The notes: generated by a model from the sequence alone, not told the origin. A stretch of DNA of 64,000 nucleotides from Squalus acanthias (GCA_030390025.1 JASTWF010000029.1:3844001-3908000), one strand, 5' to 3'; numbered from the stretch's first letter, positions 12,501 to 26,287 are shown. Program-made: numbers and translations.

Positions 12501-13538
12501 GCAGGCAGTGACTAGTGGGGTACAGCAGGGATCGGTCCTTGGACCCCAGCTATTCACAATATATATTAATGATCTAGACAAGGGAACTAGATGTAATATC
12601 TCCAAGTTTGCAGACGACACAAAACTGGGTGGGCTTGTGTGCTGCGAGGAGGATGCCGAGAAACTCCAGGATGATTTGGATAGGTTGGGTGATTGGGCAG
12701 AAGCGTGGCAGATGCAATATAACGTGGATAAATGCGAGGTTATCCACGTTGGTGTCAAAAACAGAAAAGCAGATTATTATCTGAATGGCAATGGATTGGG
12801 AGAAGGGGAAATGCAACGAGACCTGGGTGTCCTTGTGCACCAGTCGCTGAAGGTAAGCATGCAGGTGCATCAGGCGGTAAAGAAGGCAAATGGTATGTTG
12901 GCCTTCATAGCGAGAGAGTTTGAGTACAGGAACAAGGATGTCTTGCTGCAGTTGTACAGGGCCTTGGTGAGACCACACCTTGAGTACTGTGTGCAGTTTT
13001 GGTCGCCTAATCTGAGGAAGGATGTTCTTGCCATGGAAGGAGTTCAGCGAAGATTCACAAGGCTGATACCTGGGATGGCAGGAATGACGTATGGAGAAAG
13101 ATTGGGTCGATTGGGCTTATACTCGCTGGAGTTTAAAAGAATGAGAGGGGATCTCATTGAAACTTATAAAATTCTGACAGGACAGGGCAAACTAGATGCA
13201 GGAAGGATGTTCCCACGGGTCGGGGAGTCCAGAACCAGGGGTCACAGTCTAAGGATAAGGGGTAGGCCATTTAGGACAGAAATGAGGAGGAATTTCCTCA
13301 CCCAGTGAGTGGTGAACCTTTGGAATTCTCTGCCACAGAAGGCAGTAGAGGCCAATTCATTAAGTAGATTCAAGAAGGAGTTGGATATATTTCTTAAGGC
13401 TAAAGGGATCAAGTGATATGGGGAGAAAGCAGGGACAGGGTACTGAATTTGGATGATCAGCCATGATCGCGTTGAATGGCGGAGCAGGCTAGAGCGGCCG
13501 AATGGCCGACTCCTGCTCCTATATTCTATGATTCTATG
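9572..13538 (+). mobile_element. Young, near-complete CR1 LINE (ORF1 SGNH esterase, ORF2 APE-RT) nested in an older CR1
   Basis: ORF1 9597-10463 has CxxC plus coiled coil, GDSIVRG, VHIGT and DGLHL. ORF2 pieces from ~10650 to 13450 have ITETW, YRPP, GDFN, SDH, NYRPVSL and FADD, with few stops or frameshifts. The tail is ATTCTATGATTCTATG. Confidence 0.95.
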
Positions 13539-13539
13539 A

Positions 13540-15340
13540 AGAGAGGGTCGATGCAGAAATCGCAATCAGGGAGGAGGAGAGTGAAATATTAGTTGAAATC
13601 AAGATAGCGAAAGAGCAATAATTAAGGGGTTTAGCATTTTGAAGATGGATAAATCCCCAGGCCCGGATAAAATGTATCCCAGACTATTAAGAGAATGAAG
13701 AGAGGATATAGCAGAGGCTCTGACCATCATTTTCCATTCCTCTCTGGGTACAGGTGTGGTGTTTGAGGATGCTAACATGGTGCCGTTGTTAAAAAAGGGG
13801 AAAAGGAATAGACAGAGTAATTACAGGCCAGTCAGCCTAACCTGGGCGGTGGGCAAATTATTGGAATACATTCTGATGGACAGGACAAATCTTCATTCAG
13901 AAAGACACGGATTAATCAGGGACAGTCAGCATGGATTTCTTAAGGGAAGGACGTGTCTGATTAAATTGATTGAATTTTTTGAGGATGTATCAAGGAGGGT
14001 CGATCAGGGTAGTGCGTTTGATATCGTCTATATGGATATTAGCCACGCGTTTGATAAGGTCCCGCATGGTAGACTGGTCACGAACATAAATGCCCATGGT
14101 ATCTAAGGCAAAGTGGCAAGTTTAATCCAAAATTCGCTCAGAGGCAGGAAACAAAGGGTAATGGTCGAAAGGTGTTTTTGTTACTGGATGGCTCTTTCCA
14201 GTGGGGTTCCGCAGGGCGCAGTACCGGGTCCTGTGCTTCTTCTGGTATATATCAATGATATAGACTAGAATGTAGAAAGTACGATTAAGAAATTTGCAGA
14301 TGATACAAAAATTGGCCGTTTAATTGCTAATGAAGAAGAAAGCTGTAGGCTGCGGGGAGATATCAATGGACTGATCAGTTGGGCAGAACAGTGGCAAATG
14401 GAATTCAATCCAGAGAAGTGAGGTAATGCATTTGCGGAGTGCTAACAAGGCAAGGGAATACACAATAAATGGTAGGACAATGAGAAGTGCAAAGGTTATG
14501 AGGGACCTTGGAGTGCATGTCCACAGATCCCTGAAGGTTCCGGACAGGTAGATAAGGTGTTTTAGAAGGCATACGGGATACCTGCCTTCCTGCCATTGGA
14601 TTACATAGGATATACTGCACAGAAACAGGCCATTCGGACCACGCTGTCGTTTATGCTCTACACGAACCTCCTCCTGTCTTTCCTCATCTAACTCTATCAG
14701 CATAACCGTCTTTTCCCTTCTCTATCATATGCTTGGCTAGCCTCCCCTTAAATGCATCTAGGCTATTTACTTCAACCACTCCCTGTGGTAGTGAGTTACA
14801 CATTCTCACCACAGTTTGGGTACAAAAAAATCTACTGAATTCCCTATTGGATTAATTGGTGACTGCCTTTTATTGAAGGTCTCTAGTTATGCTCTTCCGC
14901 ACAAGTGGAAACGTTCACTCTGTATCCACTCCAACAATTTTTTTCATAATTATTAGCCGGTGCACAGGATATAAGAGCAGGGAGGTTATGCTTGAACTGT
15001 AAAAACACTAGTTAGGCTGCAGCTAACATACTGCGTGCAGTTCTGGTCACCACATTATAGGAAGGATGTGATTGCACTAGAGAGGGTGCAGAGGTGATTT
15101 ACGAGGATGTTGCCTGCGCTGGGGAATCTTAGCTTTGAGGAAAGATTGCATAGGCTCGGCTTGTTTTCTTTGGAACAGAGGAGGCTAAGGAGAGAACTAA
15201 TTAATGTGTATAAAATTATGCGGGGTCCAGATAGAGTGGATAGAAAGGATCTATTTCCCTTAGCAGCGGGGTCGATAACCGGGGGGCATAGAGTTAAAGT
15301 AATTGGTAGGAGGTTTAGAGGGGATTTGAGGACAAATTTT
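13540..15340 (+). mobile_element. Older CR1 ORF2, 3' part, interrupted by a minus-strand CR1 tail (~14600-14950)
   Basis: RT ORFs at 13756-14106 and 15107-15364. The insert carries the TACTGCACAGAAACAGGCCATTCGG tail in reverse. Confidence 0.85.
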
Positions 15341-15348
15341 AGATTTGA

Positions 15349-16502
15349 GGTGTTGCCACGATGAGGGAGTTATTGGAGCAAGAGGAAAGGGTCACGTATT
15401 TGCTGGGAATCAGAGGTGGCAGTTCAGTGTCTTGTGCCCAATCAGACATTGGAGTAAGGAAAGGTGAGCTGTTCTGTCCAGCTGTATCTTTCAAACTGTA
15501 AGGTGAGCGCTGTATATCAACTTATGTGATGTGGCAGATCGTGCTTCACCATTGCAAATGTTTACTGTATCCTTCCCACAGGTGGACAACTGTCTTTGCA
15601 CACATGGGATGAACAGTGCGGCGAGTCTGCGGCAGCCGAGGGCATTGGGGAAGGGGTTAGAGATGTAGTGCGAGCAGTAATTGAGGCGGAGGACGAAGAA
15701 TTTGTGAAGTGTCAGCAAGTGGAAGGGGCGGGTAAGGAGCTTATGTGAGCGGCCAGGCGAAGTGGGAACCTTGACCATGATGAAACGCTGCACACCAATG
15801 TTCCATCTCCTGGCCCCGCTGGCTATGTGCGAGGCACAGATGACTGTCGTTTCACAAACCTGATACTGCAGAGCAGGTGGGAAAAGCAGCAAGACATTTA
15901 GCGCAACAGAATGATCTAGAAACTCAGGTTCAAAAAATTGAAGGATTGAGGCAAGAAATGCTTACTCTTCATTGAAAGAAATTTGACTCTCTAGCCTCTA
16001 TCCGGGAGAGGCTTGATGTTATTGGAAGAAATATGTGCAATAAGTTGGACATTAGTCTGCAGAGCATCAATCAGCTTGGCGCAAATGCACAATGATGGGC
16101 AATGTTGATGAGGCGATTAATCAGGTTAACGAGTCTCTCATTAAACTATTACATTTGAAGACAGCAGGTTCGGCTGCCATTAATTGGACTCCCGCAGAAC
16201 CCCCCTTGCCTGCTCCCAGCGCAGACACAGTGCAGGCCCACGAGACAGCAGCTCTGCCAATTATGTTGGAAGCAAATGTTGCCTTTCAGCAGCAGCAGCA
16301 TTCCGGACACGAGTCAACTGATGAAGGGCGAGAGATGGTACACAGGGGCCTTTCAATTGGCATGATGGGGCTCCGATCACGGGGAAGGGGAAGTGCAGGA
16401 GACAGTAGGGTGCCACCTTTTGTACTATCCACCTCCTTCGACCCTCAGGCACGAATGAGAGTGGGCATATCTGTCAATTCTTTAATGTTTGCTCATATTT
16501 AA
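15349..16502 (+). pseudogene. Harbinger second gene (Myb/SANT-like partner), 3' exons only
   Basis: 15349-15463 encodes GVATMRELLEQEERVTYLLG..., like the segment that follows the Myb/SANT domain in Harbinger ORF2 proteins. A phase-1 intron runs AAG|GTGAG (15464) to CCCACAG|G (15581). An acidic, low-complexity exon with stops follows. Confidence 0.6.
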
Positions 16503-16936
16503 ATGTTGCTGTTGTGTTATTTCTTGAAATTTATATTTGTGACTAATAGTGTATTTAAACTTTTCAATTAATATGTATAGTCTGTAGTCACGTTAGAGTT
16601 TTTTAAAAACATATTTTTATTAACAAGCAATTAACATTACAACTGTTGAAAAAGTAGAAACTAGATAATTTACACCTTGATGTAAAGACTTTATTGCACA
16701 AAAAATCCCAAAACGTCACTTTAAACTATTTACATTTTTTATCAGCTCATTTTCATTACAAATGTTTACAAAGTAGAAAATAGCTAGCTAAAAATTTGTA
16801 TTTAAAGACTGAGAACATCAAAAATTACATCAAATTTCATTGATTCTGCAATAAAAGTTCACTGTTTCACTTTAAATTCTGTGTGTTCTTTTCTGTGCCT
16901 TGCTGGGTGAGGGGGGGTTAGGAGGCGACACTATCA

Positions 16937-17980
16937 TCACCTCGCAAATGAGTTCGCTACTAACTGTTCCCTTGCAGCACTGCTCTCGGCAGCACTAGGC
17001 TTCTCCCTATCAGACCTGGCCACAGGGACATTAATGTTGGCATCCTCCATGTCCTCCATTTCAGCAGGGAGCTTTACTGCAGGGTTACGGGTCAACCCAT
17101 CACGCAGGGCAACTTTGTGAAAAGCACAACAGGCCACCACAATCCTTGGCACTTTTAGAGGAGAGTACTGCAAAGTCCCTCCTGACCTGCCCAGGCACCG
17201 GAAGCGTGATTTCAGAACCGCGATTGTCCTCTCCACCACTTGCCGTGTGGACACGTGTGCACGGTTCTATCTCTCCTGTGCCTCATTATTGGTCCTGTGA
17301 CAGGGAGTCATCCGACGCGGATTGAATCGGTTACCCTTGTCGCCCAATATCCATGCGGATCCTGGAGGCAAGTTGCCATATAAGTCCGAGTGATGGTGGA
17401 CGATGGAGTCATGAGCGCTTCCCCGGTGATCTGCTTTCACATTTGGGATCCTCAGTTGAGCATCACAGATGATCATTACATTTTATGAATGAATCCCCTT
17501 CCTGTTGATGTATGTCACAGGTGAATCAATTGGTGCCTTCAATGCAACATGGGCTCCATCGACGGCCTCAATCACTTTGGGGAAGCCAGCAATCCGATAA
17601 AATGCAAGGGCCCTCTCCTTTTGATGCGGAGTGGACAAGTCAAAGTATAGGTATGCTGAAGCCCTGTGGAAAAAGGCATTTGTGACCTGGTGAATGCAGA
17701 CCCTCGCGGTGCTGTGGGCGATGTTTGAAATGTCACCGGTGCCTGAATGGAATGGCCCGCATGCAAAGAAGTTCAGTGCTGCGGTTACCTTCATGGACAG
17801 TGGCAAGGCAATACGGGTCTTCGAGCGTGTTTGAAGGCCGTCCTTTAACACAACACATAGTCGGCCGATTGCCTCTTTACTAAAGCGTAGCCTCATCACA
17901 CACAACTCCTCTGACATCATCTCAACAGAGAGCCTCTCCCTGTACTCTAACTGGAGCGGGAAGTAGTTCCTCCTGATCAT
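16937..17980 (-). pseudogene. Harbinger (HARBI1-like, DDE_Tnp_4) transposase with two in-frame stops
   Basis: Three ORFs share one frame (348 codons). Motifs: RLRFSK, GFPKVIEAVDGAHV, GSAHDS, ILGDKG, RQVVERTIAVLKSRFRCL. Stops are at 17483-17485 and 17267-17269. Confidence 0.92.
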
Positions 17981-18486
17981 GGTTGCTTAATCTTGTTTGT
18001 TGTTCTCTGGCGTCATCGACTCTGTGAGCCAGAATCACACAAAGGTTTGGGTCAAATACGTCATGAAGCGAGCTTCTCCCTCACAAGCTTCTTCTTTAAA
18101 TAGATTCAGTACATGTGGGGAAAATGGAAAGAGGTGTAAAAGTAATGTTAATAAAGTGAGTCGGTGGAAATTCAGGTTGGGCGTTGGTGGGAAACGGACG
18201 GTATCGCATCGGCCGCCCATCATACGCAGTGTCTGATAAATATCACCACCCGAGATGGATTTCTAGGACATTTAAAATTTTTACAAAGTCATACAGACAA
18301 GTTTTAAATAGCATTTAAAATTTAACATTTAAATCATTCATATATTCTGACGTAATTATATTAAACATTATTAAACGTGAAAAAAAACATTTTTAATCAG
18401 TCATTTTCAAGTTTAAATAAAACGAAATCTATTTGAATAGAAAGTTTACCTTAATCTCCGGTTTAATCTCTTAATTTCCTAATCTC

Positions 18487-21400
18487 TTAATCTCTGGATT
18501 TTTGCCTGAGCCACGCGCAAATTGGCACAGGGACAAAGAGATTCGAAGGCTAAATTCGTGGCTCAATTAGTGATGTGGGAGGAAGGGGTTTCATTTCATG
18601 GGACACTGGCACCAGTCCTGGGGGAAGAGGGAGCTGTTCCGGGGTGACTGGCTCAATTTAAAGCGGGCTGGGAGCAGTGTCCTGCCAAATCGAAAACTGG
18701 GGCAGAAGATAGGGCTTTAAATTAATGAAGGGGGTGTCTGGGAGGATTCAGGAAGGGTAAATTCAAAAGCAGTAAGAGAAATGTCAAGACTGTAGAGCAG
18801 AGTAGTAATCTGGGTGAAGATAAGCAGAGTGGGTCAGGAAGGGACAGAAAGATTAATAACGGTGATAGAGCATTAGTGACTAAAGTGACATTAGGGAAAA
18901 GTTGCGAAAAAGTTAACACTAAAGATATTATATCTGAATGCACGAAACATTCACAGCAATATAGAATAATTAATAGTGCAGAGATAAATAAATGGGTTTG
19001 TTTTAATAGCTATTACCGAGACGTGGTTAAAGAGTGACCAAGGTTGGGAACAAAATATTCCAGGATATTTGACTTTTAGAAGAGACAGTCGCAATGGAAA
19101 AGGAGCAGTGGTAGCCCTGTTAATAAAAGAGGGAATAAAGACAGCAGAGAGAAAGCAACTTGACTCTGAAAAACAAAATGTAGAATCAGTTTGGGTGTAG
19201 GTAAGAATCAACAAGGGGGAGAAAATAATAGTTGGAGTAGTCTATCGGCTCCCTAACAGTGGTTGAGGTGGCGGACAGATTATAAATCAGGAAATTAGAG
19301 ATGCATATAACAAGGCTAATACAGTAATCATGGGGGATTTTAACTTTCATATAGACAGGGGAAACAAAATCTGCAGAAATATTGCAGAGGAAGAGTTCAT
19401 GCAAAGCATTCAGGATAGTTATCTAGATCATTATGTCAAGGAACCGACGAGGAAATTTGTTATTTTAGATCTAGTACTGTGCAATGAGAGAGGGTTAATT
19501 AATAACCTTGTACTAAAGGAGCATCTGTGGAGCAGTGATCATAATATGATAGAATTTTATGTTGAGTTTGAGATTGATTTAGTTAAGCCCGAAACTGGTG
19601 TCCTAAACCTGAACAAAGCAAACTACGTAGGTATGAGAGACAAGTTGGCTAATGTCGGTTAAGAAACTAAGTTTAAAAGATAAGACAGTCGAAAAGCAAT
19701 TGCAAGCATTTAAAGAAATAAATCAAAATTCGCAACTTTTCATTGCCTTAAGGAGTAAAAACACCACGGGAAAATTGTCCAAATACGGCTAACAAGAGAA
19801 ATTAAAGATAGGATTAGATTAAAGGATGAGGCTTATAATATTACCAAAAAGATTATTAAGCCTGAGGATTCTGAGGATTTTAGAATTTAGCAAAGGAAGA
19901 CCAAATTGATGAAGAAAGGGAAAATAGAATATGAGATAAAACATGCGAGAGACATAAAAACATACTGTAAAAGCTTCTTTTCGTATGTCATAAGGAGAAG
20001 GCCAGCAAAAGAAATCGTGGGTCCCTTACAGGCTGAAATTTAAATGGGGAATAGGGAAATGGCAGACAATTTTTAAAAATATACGTTATGTCTGTTTTCA
20101 CGGAGGAAGATGCAAAAACCTCGGGAAATAGTGGAGAAACTAGGGTCCAGCGAGAAGCAGGAACTGAAAGAATGTAGTATTAGTAAAAAAAAGTACTGGA
20201 GAAGTTAATGGAACTGAAAGCTTATAAATCCACTGGACCTGATGGCCCGCATCCTAGGGTTTTAAAAGAGGTGGCTATAAATCTAGTGGATATATTTGGC
20301 TGTCATCTTCCGAAATTCCATAGATTCTGGAACGGTTCCAATGGTTTGGAATGCAGCATATGTAACCGCACTATTAAAGAAAAGAGGGAGAGATAAAACT
20401 GGGAACTACAGACCAGTTAGCCAGACAATAGGAGTAGGGCAAACGCTAGAATCTATTATTAAGGACGTGGTAACAGGCCACTTACAAAAAATAACAGAAT
20501 TAGAAAGAGTCAACACGAATTTCTGACAGGGAAATCATGTTTGACGAATCTGGCAGAGATTTTTGAGGTTTTAACTAGCAGAAGAGATAAGGGGGAACAA
20601 GTGGAAGTGGTGTATTTGGATTTTCAGAAGACATTCCATAAGGTGCCACACAAAAGGTTATTAAAAAAAATTAGGGCTCATGGGATTGGGAATAACATAA
20701 TAGGGTGGTTTGAGGACTGGTTAACGGACTGAAAACAGAGATTAGGAATAAACGGGTCATTTTCGGGTTGGCAGGCTGTAACTATTGGGGTACCGCAAGG
20801 ATCAGCGCTTGGCAACAGCTATTCACAATCTATATTCAAGCTTTGGATGAGGGAACGAAATGTAATATGTCCAAGTTCGCTGATGAGACAAATCGAGGTA
20901 GGAATGTAAGTTGTGAGGATGATGCAAAGAGGCTTCAAGGGAATATAGACAGGCTAAGTGTTTGTGCAAGAACCGGGCAAATGGAATATAATGTGGAGAA
21001 ATGTGAAGTTATCCACTTTGGTAGGGAAAATAGAAAAGCAGTGTATTATTGAATGCTGCGAGATTGGGAAATGTTGGTACTGAGAGGGAATTGGAAGTCG
21101 TTTTACAAGAATCACTAAAAATTAAAATGCAGGTAGAGCAAGCAATTAGGAATTCAAATGGCATGTTGCCCTTTATTGCAAGAGGATTTGAGTATCAGCG
21201 TAAGGGCATCTTATTGCAAGTATATCGGGCCCTGGTAAGACCACCCCTGGCGTATTGTGTACAGTTTTGTTCTACTTACCTAAGGAAGGATATACAGGCA
21301 ATAGAGGGAGTGCAACGAAGGTTCACCAGACTGATCCTGGGATGGGGGGATTGACCAATGAAGGAGAGATTGAGTAGACTCGGCCTATATGCTCTGCCGT

Positions 21401-21728
21401 TAAAAAGAATGAGAGGTGCTCTCATTGAAACATAAACAAATTCTTACAGGGCTTGACAGGGTAGATGGAAGGACTGGAAGGATGTTTCCCCTGGCTGAGG
21501 AATCTAGAACCAGAGGTCATCCTCTCATAACAAGGAGACGGCCATTTAGGACTGAGATGAGGAGAAATTTCATCACTCAAAGCATTGTGAATCTTTGGAA
21601 TTCTGTACCCCAGAGGGCTGTGGAGTCTCAGTCGTTGAGTTTATTTAAGACAGAGATCGATAGATTTTTGTATATTAAGGGAATCAAGGGATATGCGGAT
21701 AGTGCAGTAAAGTGGAGAGGAGCAAGTT
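18487..21728 (+). mobile_element. Decayed CR1 LINE of duplication unit A (3' tail resumes at 24122-24215)
   Basis: ORF1 C-terminus (PEPR.NWHRD) followed by APE and RT fragments. Collinear with 37135-41190 and 57975-62810. Confidence 0.9.
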
Positions 21729-24121
21729 AAGCGTTTCCCAACCTGTGGTCCGCGGACCACCAGTGGTCCGCGAGGGTACTGCAGGTGGTCCGTGAAAAAA
21801 ATAATTTTGATACTGTAATAATAATATCATCACGTGTACCTCCTATGTATCATATGCGATATTACATTATTATTCGCAATGTAATATGCTTCACAAGCAT
21901 CCTTGTGATTCTCTGAATATCAATAGTGTGGGGGAGTGGCGCTTTTGCGTGACGTCAATGTGAATCAACGCTCTTAGATTCTGCAAGATTCGACGGTTAG
22001 AGCGCAGAACTCAAAAGATGGATCGGTGGCTTTTATCTGGCATGCGTAAGCGAACTCTCTAATTTGGTCAAAATGAGAGTGAGACATCAGCAAATGAAAC
22101 TCAGCACAACAAAAGTAAGCCAAAAGTGAGGAGAAAATACAGCAGTGAATACTTAAAGCTGGGATTTACTTACACTGGAACTGAGAACGAACCGTTATCA
22201 GTATGTATCCTGTGCTATGAAGTTCTGTCGAATGAAAGCCTAAAGCCCGCTAATCTTCGCCATCATCTTGAGACTAAGCATGTGGAATACGTGTCCAAGC
22301 CAATTGGATTTTTTTACAAACCAGCTCAAAGAATTTCAACACAGCAAGACAATTATGGAATGCACATCTAAAGGTAGTGATAATGCTAAGGCGGTGGAGG
22401 CCTCGTACCGGGTAGCTAGGCACATAGCAAAGACAGGGAAGCCGCAAACAATTGGGGTGGAGTTGATATTGCCAGCGGCTAAGGAGATGGTGGGTATTAT
22501 GCTGGGAGAGGGAGCCTGCAAGCAAATTAACATGATTTCATTGTCGGATAACACAGTTCAACGCAGAATTGATGAGATGGCACAGGACTTGTGTGATCAG
22601 CTAATAGCGAGAATGCAAGCGAGTCGTTTTTCTGCACTTCAAATGGATGAATCAACGGACTTTGCAAACCTTTCAAACCTGATCACCTATGTAAGGTATG
22701 AACACAATGGAGAGATACATGAGGACTTTCTCTTTTGTAAATTGTTGCCCACACGCTCAATTGTAGAGGCTATTTTTGGAATGTTGAACAGCTTCATTTT
22801 TGTAAATGGGATTGATAGATCAAAATGTGTCGGACTTGGCACAGATGGGGCCAGTGCGATGTTAGGCTAACACAGTGGGGTTGTTGCACGTGTAAGAGCA
22901 GTGGGTCAGCCAGCATCATCCATTCACTGCAGCATCCATAGGGAGGCGTTTGCTGCAAAGAAAATGCCTGCTGATCTCAAGACCGTTTTGGAGGAAGCCG
23001 TTAAAACAGTTAATTATATCAAGGCCCGTCCAATGAATTCGCAGATATTTGCAGCTATTTGTGACGAGATTTGCAGAGATCACCTTCAGCTACTTCTGCA
23101 CACCAAGTTCCGCTGTCTCTCCCGAGGAAAGGTACTCACTCGTCTTTTAGAGTTGCATGAGGAGGTGAGAATGTTTTTACTGGACTCAAAGTTTGAACTT
23201 TCACATCGCTTCGGTAATTTTCAGTGGCTTGCCAAATTGGCTTATATGGCAAATATTTTCGATCACTTGAATGTTCTCAATCTGCGACTTCAGGGAAAAT
23301 CAGTGACATTCTTTCATGTGCAGGACAAAATAGAACCGATGATCAAGAAAATAGAGATGTGGACCAAACGACTTGAGCAGTCAAATAACGACTCGTTTGC
23401 AAATCTGTCTGACTTTTTGGTCACGGCAGAGATGCAGCTTCCAAACAGTGTGAAACATATCATCAGAGAGCACCTCCAAAGTTTGAAAATAAACCTACGT
23501 GAGTACTTCCCTGTGCCCAACACAAGATTCAACTGGAGACGAAATCCCTTGGCGAGCCTTGATGATGACATCCTTGCAAGCCTGACATCGAATAAGCAAG
23601 ACAGCCTTGTGGAACTGTCCTGTGACAGTGCTTTAAATCAGTAATTTTCTCGGTAACACCTGACTGACTTTTGGCTTAAAGCTGCTTCGGAATATCCAGT
23701 ACTTTCCCACAACCTACCTTTGCGAAACTGGATTTTCTGCGCTGTCGCTTTGAAGACAAAATGTCGGAATAAACTTCACGTTGAACCAGATCACCGATTG
23801 AGACTGTCATCGCTGGAACCTGACATCCAGTGTTTGACATCTGCAAAACAACTTCAGACTTCTCATTAGGTAAATGTTATCTTTTCCCCACTTGTAGGCC
23901 TACTGCAGGTAAATTTGCTGTGACGAGTGCAATGTATTTGTATTTGTGAGTGAGCACAATAAATGATTAGAAACTGCTGCATTTTTAATACCTGTTGATA
24001 TATAAGTTTGACTCCCGTCAGCCATAGGCAATGTTAAAAAAGTTTTAAATGGCTAGTGTTCCGCAAAAGCTTCTGATGACGTTGTAGTGGTCCGCATAAA
24101 GGAAAAGGTTGGGAACCGCTG
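21729..24121 (+). mobile_element. hAT transposon, Buster/Charlie (SCAND3/ZBED5-like) type, with a decayed transposase
   Basis: 16-bp TIRs AAGCGTTTCCCAACCT and AGGTTGGGAACCGCTG (14/16 match), with subterminal GTGGTCCGC repeats. Peptides: RKYSSEYLKLGF..C..C..LKPANLRHHLETKH (BED finger), LQMDESTD, TDGASAM, HCSIHREA. Confidence 0.93.
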
Positions 24122-24435
24122 CGCTAGAAGATCAGCCATGATCTTATTCAATGTCGGAGCATGCTCGAGGGGCCGATTGGCCTACTTCTGCTCCTACTGC
24201 TTATGTTCATATATTCTTATGAAACTGGTAGTACTAGGGTCTATCGGTAAATCAGTACTGGTTAGTGAGATGGGGGGGTAGTGGAACGGATAGCACAAGG
24301 GTCGGTAGATGAATTGATGTATCTTATTGAGGTGAACGCATGTAAAGGAAATAATGTCCGGCGATTCACTGCTGTCCAGAATATTGAAGGTATGTTGAAG
24401 TGACGTGTACTGCACCCGCAGGCACTTGCAGAAGA

Positions 24436-25255
24436 TTGCATAGGATATACAGCACAGAAACAGGCCATTCGGCCCAAACAGTCTGTGCCGGCGCTTAAGT
24501 TCCACTCGACCCTTCTTCCGTTTTTCCCCATCTAACTCTATCAGCACGCCCCTCCATTCCCTACTCCCTCATATGCTTGTCTAGCCTCCCCTTAAATGCA
24601 TCTATACTATTCGCTTCGACCACTCCCTATGATAGCTAGTTCCACATTCTTACCACTCTCTGAGTAAATAAGATTTTTTGCTGAATTCTCTATTTGATTT
24701 CTTGGTGTATATCTTATACTGATGGCTACTAATTTGCTCTTCCCCGCAAGTGGAAACAAAATCGCTTTGTCTACTCCCTGAAAACCTTTCACAACCTTGA
24801 ATACCTGTATTAGGTCACCCCTCAGCCTTCTGTTTTCAAGAGAAAAGAGACCCAGCCTGTTCATCCTTTCCTGAAAGGTGTAACCTCGCATTTCTGGTAT
24901 CATCCTTGTAAATATTTTTGGCACCTTTCCAGTTCCTCGATATCCTTTTTATAATATGGCGACCATTATTGTCCACACTTCTCCAACTTTGGTCTAGCAA
25001 AGGCACGATACAAGTTTAGTATAACTTCTTTATTTTTCGATTCTATACATCTAGAATTAAACCAAAGGGCTTGCTTATTTATGGCCTTACAAATCTGCAT
25101 CGCTTCTTTTAGTGATTTTTATATTTCTACTCCGAGATCCCGTTGCTCTTCCAACCGATTTAGATACATATTTTCCAAGTAACATGTGACCACCTTATTG
25201 TTCTTACCGAAATGTGGTACTTCATATTTAACTGTGTTGAAATTAATTTGCTCAT
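24436..25255 (-). mobile_element. CR1 3' fragment (paralogues at ~41476-42010 and ~63095-63600)
   Basis: ORF 24607-24924(-) reads FTRMIPEMRGY...RLGLFSLE.RRLRGDL. Confidence 0.85.
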
Positions 25256-26280
25256 TGACGCGGTCAAGTTGTGGTCATATAATTAATCAAAGAACTGATT
25301 CACCACGGCCAATGTAAGAAATGTACGAACAGCGTGGGAAAGGCGAGTGTTGGTCGTTCAGGGTAAGAAGTGAGAAGACAGAGATAGCGGTAGATCGTGG
25401 AATCAGCAACTAGGCAATATCACTAGTTAGGAATTGGCTAAAGGTGAGTCACGCTTGTTGAGATAGTCTCGGTCGAATATGGATAAAGCCCCGAAATTTG
25501 GCGGTGGGATGGTGGAATACAAAGATTTGATTTGCTGGTCTCAATTCCCTCTCCCTTTTAAATGAACAGAAATATTATTCTTTTATTTAAAATTTTAGAA
25601 GTGCCTACACTGCAACAGTGACTACATGTTCTTTATTTCATGCTTTTTTTTGTATTTCTTTATTTTTCTATATTTCTCTCCCTTTCCTTCATTCTGCGTA
25701 ATATAAAGATTCTGACTGGTAACAGTAACTGGAATAGAAGTGTCCAGTGGACTATTGATTTTATTAAACAGGCACGTCAAGAATTAATGGTCAGACTATG
25801 GGTTATGAAATCCTAAAATCAAAGCAAAATACTGCAGATGCTGGAAATCTGAACTAAAAGCAGAACATGCTGGAAACACTCAGCAGATCAGAGAAGATCT
25901 GTGGTAATTGCACAGCAGGGACTGGAAGGAATGGTAAATATAAGGAACAATATTATATAAATTCATATGTTCTGTATTAATTGTGCCCCTCTAAAAGCGG
26001 GCATGTTTGATCGTCTTTTTGATTGATGATACTGGAGCATCCCATTGTTTTATTAATGAAATGTCACCTGTGGAAATTCTTGTTAGGATTATGAGACTTG
26101 TCTCAGTGTATGAAGGTGCAGCATTTATCCTGGTCTTCGGGTCTTTATCTAATTGGAAATTCCGCTGTTGTTGTTAAAAGTTTTGGAGTGAAAATTGTTG
26201 ACATCATCTATTTGTTCAGTGACTGTAATTAAACCCAGTCAGCAGGGGAACCGATTTCTGACCGGATTAATTCTCTCTCC

Positions 26281-26287
26281 TATAAAT
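26281..26287 (+). promoter_or_regulatory. Candidate TATA box of GPCR copy 2
   Basis: TATAAAT lies 97 bp upstream of the ATG and is at the same distance in copy 3. Confidence 0.55.

Larger units (their letters stand above)
15349..18269. mobile_element. PIF/Harbinger DNA transposon, left end truncated
   Basis: Convergent transposase (-) and Myb/SANT-partner remnant (+) are separated by an AT-rich tract with polyA signals on both strands. A TIR-like right end GATTTCTAGGAC|ATT lies at 18258-18269. Confidence 0.85.

Noticed and set aside
11704-12978. Long antisense ORFs over CR1 and RTE copies (also 51012-51566 and 53348-54336)
   Set aside because: These are shadow frames on the opposite strand of retroelement ORF2, with no independent coding evidence.
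16937-17980. Domesticated host gene HARBI1
   Set aside because: It has two stop codons, an adjacent partner gene and a TIR-like end, all indicating a transposon copy.
22126-23644. Domesticated ZBED5/SCAND3-like gene
   Set aside because: It is frameshifted, has stops, is bounded by TIRs and is inserted in a LINE tail.
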